Virus record (IMG/VR): IMGVR_UViG_3300033146_003955
Location: 94,813 to 158,812 of that record
Strand: one strand, 5' to 3'
DNA: 64,000 bases
Source of the DNA: a virus
Below the pieces are notes generated by a model that was not told the DNA's origin, searched no databases, and saw only the letters and a program-made list of their open reading frames with translations. Both the position numbers and the translations under genes were made by a program. Shown in pieces: positions 59,140 to 64,000 of this stretch. Position 1 is the stretch's first letter. Each line of letters begins with the position of its first letter.

Positions 59140-60027
59140 TTAAAGTCGTCCACTATTCATCCAAGAAGAATAATTTTTTGCCTCAGGGAATTTTTCCCTC
59201 ATCAAATTATGAAATTGTTTTTCTGATTTATATCCTTCCGACCAATCAAATTCTTCATCTGTCATATTATACAATGTACCGTTATAAAAAAGATTATGTC
59301 CTTCAATATATACAGTCTTACTATCGTAGAATTTGTCAGCATCCCACACTTTAACTTTAATACCTTCACCACCATCACCTATATTACCACACATACATTT
59401 TTGATTTGGAATATAATATGTAGATTTATATATTACGTCCTTATATTTGAAATAAGGATAATCAGTATGGGAGGGATTATCATTATTTTTATAATCTAAA
59501 TAATAAGGCACTACTCCTTCATGCATACTGTAGAATTTTTTTGGTATAGCAGATAGAGCATATTGGAAGTTACCATTAGTATTATAATCTTCAATCCATT
59601 TACCATTTATAAGGATATAAAATGTAGTACTACAACTTTTTCTCACTTGTAATTCATCCCATTTAAACTTAGTATAATAGTTTTCTTTGACAATAAATTT
59701 ATCTCTTTTCAACCAATTACTTAACCGTGAGGGCATATCTTTTTCATGCATTTTATGATAAAAAATATCAGTTTCAATTCCAAGTATTGCAGAAGCTATA
59801 GCTTCCTCTAAAGTATCTGTATGAGATATATATTTTATAAACCAATTAGGGTTTATGTCATTAGGTTTGATACGAGCTTTAAAGTATTTAATCTCCCAAA
59901 ATGTTTTGGGGTATTCGGGTTCGTCTTCGTTATATCTATGAAAACTTTCAATTTCAACTTTTTTAATATATTTGGTTCCAGTTAGGTTGTCTATTGTTTT
60001 TTCTATTATTTGAGTGTCTTTCATCAA
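59140..60027 (-). CDS. hypothetical protein
   Basis: 295-aa ORF coupled to upstream gene. Confidence 0.7.
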   Translation of the reverse strand: MMKDTQIIEKTIDNLTGTKYIKKVEIESFHRYNEDEPEYPKTFWEIKYFKARIKPNDINPNWFIKYISHTDTLEEAIASAILGIETDIFYHKMHEKDMPSRLSNWLKRDKFIVKENYYTKFKWDELQVRKSCSTTFYILINGKWIEDYNTNGNFQYALSAIPKKFYSMHEGVVPYYLDYKNNDNPSHTDYPYFKYKDVIYKSTYYIPNQKCMCGNIGDGGEGIKVKVWDADKFYDSKTVYIEGHNLFYNGTLYNMTDEEFDWSEGYKSEKQFHNLMREKFPEAKNYSSWMNSGRL

Positions 60028-60314
60028 AAGTCCTTATTTGTAAGAAAAAGGAGAGCGGTATCTGCTTCATTTGCAACATTTGCTTTTCCAGCTTGAGCTA
60101 ATTCGAAAAATTCGCTGATAAAAAGTTTTTGAAATTTTTCAACCGTTTCATCCTTCTTTAACACATTTCCCACTATATATAACTTAGCCCCAGTTTGTTC
60201 CTTCTCTTCCTCATCGTTTCTGTTCTCTGATGTGAGAGTCTCAATTGCTCTAAAAAATTTCCAATCTGGATAAAATTTATTCTTTTTAAATGCTAAAACA
60301 TCGCCTCTATTCAT
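60024..60314 (-). CDS. hypothetical protein
   Basis: AGGAG RBS. Confidence 0.65.
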   Translation of the reverse strand: MNRGDVLAFKKNKFYPDWKFFRAIETLTSENRNDEEEKEQTGAKLYIVGNVLKKDETVEKFQKLFISEFFELAQAGKANVANEADTALLFLTNKDF

Positions 60315-60322
60315 ATCATCTC

Positions 60323-60592
60323 CTATATGTCTAAATATGCTTCATTATAATCTAATACCATAGTATCATTTATTCTATAAAGTGCAACTTTTGCTTGTTC
60401 TAGCTCAGTTGCTTCTTTTAACTTAAGTCGCTTAATATAATCATCTTTATCTTCAACATTTATAAAACCTATAAATGTATGTTTCCCTGATTTAGTAAGT
60501 AAATATATTCTACATTTTTTCTCGTACTTGTTATGTTCTAAAGAGATGAATTTTTTCCTAGGATTTTTATATAAATTATAAGATTTTAACAT
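60323..60592 (-). CDS. hypothetical protein
   Basis: QAKVAL. Confidence 0.6.
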   Translation of the reverse strand: MLKSYNLYKNPRKKFISLEHNKYEKKCRIYLLTKSGKHTFIGFINVEDKDDYIKRLKLKEATELEQAKVALYRINDTMVLDYNEAYLDI

Positions 60593-60918
60593 TATCTGTT
60601 TGAACCTTCACTTCTAAATATTGTTTCAAGTTCTCTTGCAATTTGTATACTATTTGTAGATATTTTGTTGTCCACCATTTTAAGAGTGGAATACATATCT
60701 TTTAGAGCTCTAGTAAATAATAATCTATTTGGTATATCCATAGAAACAGAGAATACATCTACATATAAAGTAAACATAGTCTTTTTGGTATCTTCAGTAA
60801 CGTTCATAGCACTTAAAGCATTATAAACTACTAATAGGAAGTTGGAAAATATTTGAATTCTTTGAGCATCATCTTCTTGTTTTAATTTTTTCTTTTTTTG
60901 GAAATATTTTTTAAACAT
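60592..60918 (-). CDS. hypothetical protein
   Basis: ORF in operon. Confidence 0.6.
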   Translation of the reverse strand: MFKKYFQKKKKLKQEDDAQRIQIFSNFLLVVYNALSAMNVTEDTKKTMFTLYVDVFSVSMDIPNRLLFTRALKDMYSTLKMVDNKISTNSIQIARELETIFRSEGSNR

Positions 60919-60920
60919 AA

Positions 60921-61259
60921 TTATCCTTTCTTCAATAATTTTTTAGCCAATTTAGGTAGAAGGCTATCAATCTCCTCTTGGGTAAAACTTTTCAATACCA
61001 CATCATTAAACTTCCATACTGTTTCACCTTTATGAATACCCTTTCTTAGATAGTCATAATATATAGCATCTAATTCAAGTTCAGGATGTTCTCTCCCCCA
61101 CTGAATTTGCATAACACATGATCTGTGAATATACATACGAGGCCCACCACCTCTACCTTTAAAACGATAAGACTTCTCACCATCAAAATCACCTTGTTTT
61201 AATTGATAAGCTCTTTCAGTTTTTTGTATATCTTTTCCGCATATCATACACTTTTGCAT
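60921..61259 (-). CDS. CxxC...HxxC zinc-binding protein
   Basis: CMICG...IHRSC; C-terminal LAKKLL. Confidence 0.6.
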   Translation of the reverse strand: MQKCMICGKDIQKTERAYQLKQGDFDGEKSYRFKGRGGGPRMYIHRSCVMQIQWGREHPELELDAIYYDYLRKGIHKGETVWKFNDVVLKSFTQEEIDSLLPKLAKKLLKKG

Positions 61260-62981
61260 TTAATAATCCACGTTAGGATACTGCTTGTAGTAATCTTTAT
61301 CTGTATCTTCCGCCCATTTAAATTTCTTTTGAAGTGTTGGTGTGAATACTCTTTTCACTTCAATATCATTAGCCTTACAGAAAGAATATATAATTCTAGG
61401 TGAAATGTAATTAGTTTTAGAAGTTCCGGTAGCTATCCCGGAAGTCTTTTTCTTAATATCAATTTTAGTCTCAAGATTTTCCACTCTCATTTTCAATCTT
61501 TCGACTCTTGCTTCCCAAGTTGTTTTTTTCTTTTTGAAAGTTGCTTTAGCTCTTCTTATTGAATCTTTCTGTTTCACACCAGTATATTTCTTTTTAGCGA
61601 GTTTGACTCTTTCATCTTTTATTTTTTTAGCTTTTTCGATTTCAATTGATGCTTCAGCCTTTTTATCTCGAAGCTCAATTTTCATATTCTTAAGCTTATC
61701 TTTCATATTCTTAAGAGAAATTTTGTACGCAGGAGAGACTGCAGTTTGATGGTTAAGCTTAATCGCAACTTCAAGATTTGCATCTGTGAAAAATTTCATT
61801 TTCTGGCCAACAGTCATACCTTTAAGATTACCCTTACTTAACTCTTCAGCAAGAAGTTTTGAACCATAAGCAGTTCTGAATACTTTAGCAGTTACACCTT
61901 CAACTATTGAAGATAGAAATTCATTAACATCCTTAGAGGTAATTCCAGGAAAGAGTTGAGCTGAAGGTTTTTTACCCTTACAAAGCCATACAAAATTTCT
62001 AATCATAGATGGAGAGAATGATACAACTTTGTTATATCTAATTGAATCTTTACCAAGGAAATCAAATTCAATAGTTCCTTCCACCTCATCAATTTTAATA
62101 TGTTCTGAGAGCAAAGAGGTTGCGCCGAATGTATCTGCAGTATCTTCACTTTTTTCATCACCAACTCTTATAGCAAGCTGCGAAATTAGTTTAGCAACAG
62201 TTGCAACTTTCCGAGTCTGACTAAGTTTATCATTCAATTTCTTATCAATTTCAGCATTGATAAAATCAAGATTTTTAGCCAACTTAATTGCTTTATTAAA
62301 TTTACTCTGGTCTGATTTCTGCTTAACTATAGAGTCATTGCTGAATAAAACTTTTTTATATTCCCCAGTTAATTCCTGTTTCCAGGACGCAACCATAAGA
62401 GCATTTTTGTTTTCTACCACTTCTTTCCAAGAGTGACCTTCAGGAGGCTTAGGACCGGAACCAGAACAGTTTATAGTTATATCTTCAGGGAATGTTCTAA
62501 CTTTAAGCGAACCTCTAAGAGGATGCTTCCCCCTACCCATAAAAAGTCCTGGAGGTTCAATAGTATAATTGCCAAGAGCAATTCTTTTACCATCAAGAGT
62601 AGCAAAGCCAAATTTCTCTTTACGAGCAGCAGCCTCTTCCTTCTCTTTTTTCTTAATTTCTTTACTTCTATTTTTCTTAACTTCTTTCTTATATTCAAGA
62701 TCTCGGATTATATTAATAAAATCCCAATCTTTAGGAAATGAAGTTGTTTTTAATTCTTTAGAAAGAAAAGGTTTAAAATCTCTCCAAAAATTCTTTTGGA
62801 ACACAGGATCTTTTACGTAATCTGTCGCATGCTTTTGAGCCCAAAATACTGCTACTTCTTCTGCTTCCTTTGAGAGAATTACAGTTTTACCTTGTACCTT
62901 AATTTCATACTTTTGATACTGATATAAAGGAGGAAAAACTGGTCCTAAATGTGTTAACGTTTGCCATTTATTTGTTTTCAT
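61260..62981 (-). CDS. top1: DNA topoisomerase IB, long eukaryote/thaumarchaeal type
   Basis: KWQTL.H.GP.FPP.Y, EPPGLF.GRG.HP..G, IRVG, FLGKD, KVFRT, LNH, coiled-coil linker, GTSK.NYI.PRI; start set at second Met from promoter spacing (track start 62987). Confidence 0.92.
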   Translation of the reverse strand: MKTNKWQTLTHLGPVFPPLYQYQKYEIKVQGKTVILSKEAEEVAVFWAQKHATDYVKDPVFQKNFWRDFKPFLSKELKTTSFPKDWDFINIIRDLEYKKEVKKNRSKEIKKKEKEEAAARKEKFGFATLDGKRIALGNYTIEPPGLFMGRGKHPLRGSLKVRTFPEDITINCSGSGPKPPEGHSWKEVVENKNALMVASWKQELTGEYKKVLFSNDSIVKQKSDQSKFNKAIKLAKNLDFINAEIDKKLNDKLSQTRKVATVAKLISQLAIRVGDEKSEDTADTFGATSLLSEHIKIDEVEGTIEFDFLGKDSIRYNKVVSFSPSMIRNFVWLCKGKKPSAQLFPGITSKDVNEFLSSIVEGVTAKVFRTAYGSKLLAEELSKGNLKGMTVGQKMKFFTDANLEVAIKLNHQTAVSPAYKISLKNMKDKLKNMKIELRDKKAEASIEIEKAKKIKDERVKLAKKKYTGVKQKDSIRRAKATFKKKKTTWEARVERLKMRVENLETKIDIKKKTSGIATGTSKTNYISPRIIYSFCKANDIEVKRVFTPTLQKKFKWAEDTDKDYYKQYPNVDY

Positions 62982-62987
62982 GATCAT

Positions 62988-63015
62988 ATTATACTATATA
63001 ATCTCCATTGTCCAA
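62988..63015 (-). promoter_or_regulatory. leaderless promoter TTGGACA-N15-TATAAT-N6-ATG
   Basis: third copy of the motif. Confidence 0.7.
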
Positions 63016-63017
63016 AG

Positions 63018-63320
63018 TTAAGTATTTAAATATTCGAGTGCAATTGCTGCATCAAGGTCGCTGCTATTCATTTTCTTAAAAGTTATATTATTCATATGTT
63101 CTGATCTTATTTGATGGATGGTCATGGTTTTATTTACAGCTTTATATTCTTTTTTCCAGCCAATATATTCCCATCCTTCTACATCATATAAAAATAATAC
63201 ACCCTTTTTCTTTTTAATCTTTTTGCGTCTTAGGAGTTTGTAGTAATCAAACTTCCCATCATGACGGCTCCAATGTTTTGCTTTATATCTGAAACACATC
63301 CCAACCTTATAAGGTTTCAT
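63018..63320 (-). CDS. basic hypothetical protein
   Basis: GGAG RBS. Confidence 0.6.
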   Translation of the reverse strand: MKPYKVGMCFRYKAKHWSRHDGKFDYYKLLRRKKIKKKKGVLFLYDVEGWEYIGWKKEYKAVNKTMTIHQIRSEHMNNITFKKMNSSDLDAAIALEYLNT

Positions 63321-63323
63321 ATC

Positions 63324-63563
63324 TCACTCCGTTAGTTGAAACTTCGCAATTTGGTCTATACTAAGTAATCTAATTCTTTCTGTTATAATAGGAGAATATC
63401 CTAAACCGTTTAGAAAGAGTTTGAAATGGTCCAGCATTAAATCTGCATTAGGTTCCTCAGAGTAAACATGTTCAGCCACGCCATTAGTTATAAATGAGTC
63501 AAAATCATCATTTATATCATAATGGTCATCATCTACTTCAAATATAAATCTTGTCTTTATCAT
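63324..63563 (-). CDS. hypothetical protein
   Basis: C-terminal IAKFQL. Confidence 0.6.
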   Translation of the reverse strand: MIKTRFIFEVDDDHYDINDDFDSFITNGVAEHVYSEEPNADLMLDHFKLFLNGLGYSPIITERIRLLSIDQIAKFQLTE

Positions 63564-63577
63564 AAAATATGCTTTAA

Positions 63578-64000
63578 TTATAAAATTTTTTTATAAGTTT
63601 TATTAAATATTTTCCCATCAACCAACCATACATCCTTAGGATCTGGATTATTAATATCAGCAAAGTTCTTAACTATGTAATCACCGCTTTTACCGTGGAG
63701 CGGTTCATCAGACCAGGAGGATATAACTTTAAAAGGGACGTGCATTTTAAGTGCGGCAACAGCAGAACCTGGGTTTACCTTATACCATGTAAATTCTCTA
63801 TTTTCGCTATCACTAGCTTTTTTATTAGTTTCTCCCGGGATGTACTTTTTTTTGAAAGCTTCATCACTTATAACCTGTTGTTCTTTTTCGATACCCATCA
63901 GAATCCAGTCACCCTTTTTAGCAGTTTCTTGGCCTGTTCTATTTTCAAGACTTTTAATATAAGTTTTCCTTTCTACATGATGGGCAAATACTCCACCTTG
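63578..64000 (-). CDS. PGDYG-like tandem-domain protein, 5' end outside window
   Basis: frame open to window edge; SLE...AKKGDWIL.G..E......FKKKY and GKSGDYIV.....IFNKTY. Confidence 0.55.
   Translation of the reverse strand, partial: QGGVFAHHVERKTYIKSLENRTGQETAKKGDWILMGIEKEQQVISDEAFKKKYIPGETNKKASDSENREFTWYKVNPGSAVAALKMHVPFKVISSWSDEPLHGKSGDYIVKNFADINNPDPKDVWLVDGKIFNKTYKKIL

Noticed and set aside
61260-62981. Archaeal or eukaryotic host inferred from TopIB
   Set aside because: Class II CCA, TATAAT boxes, hairpin terminators and tail genes fit a bacteriophage better, though the host cannot be fixed from this window.
1-64000. tRNA or rRNA genes
   Set aside because: No cloverleaf or T-loop signature noticed in the short intergenic gaps; a tRNAscan run would be needed to exclude them.

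Overview
A 64-kb AT-rich segment of a large contractile-tailed (jumbo myovirus-like) phage genome, most likely with a bacterial host (class II CCA enzyme, sigma70-like -10 boxes, GGAG ribosome-binding sites). All family assignments are from motif recognition by eye, not database searches. Bases 1-21.7 kb (+ strand) carry a 5'-3' exonuclease, a Csx15-like gene, an HNH nuclease and a tail module (hub, tape measure, a 2418-aa tube-initiator-like protein, wedge, spike). Bases 21.7-55 kb (- strand) carry modular fibre/virion paralogues, small orphan genes, free-standing endonucleases and an accessory block. Bases 55-64 kb carry two FVSNSSSSSF proteins, a DHH phosphoesterase, a radical SAM enzyme and a eukaryote-type topoisomerase IB. 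Top candidates for new biology: (1) a CCA-adding enzyme split at its flexible loop by an antisense RHH+endonuclease cassette, where both halves have the same leaderless promoter and carry complementary halves of a Cys zinc-binding motif; (2) a phage Csx15-like protein whose RBS is hidden in a hairpin with a promoter motif in the loop; (3) a radical SAM enzyme beside its possible NSSSSS substrates; (4) two short motifs (AKxxL and a C-terminal hydrophobic-xx-hydrophobic-F) shared by many unrelated small proteins.
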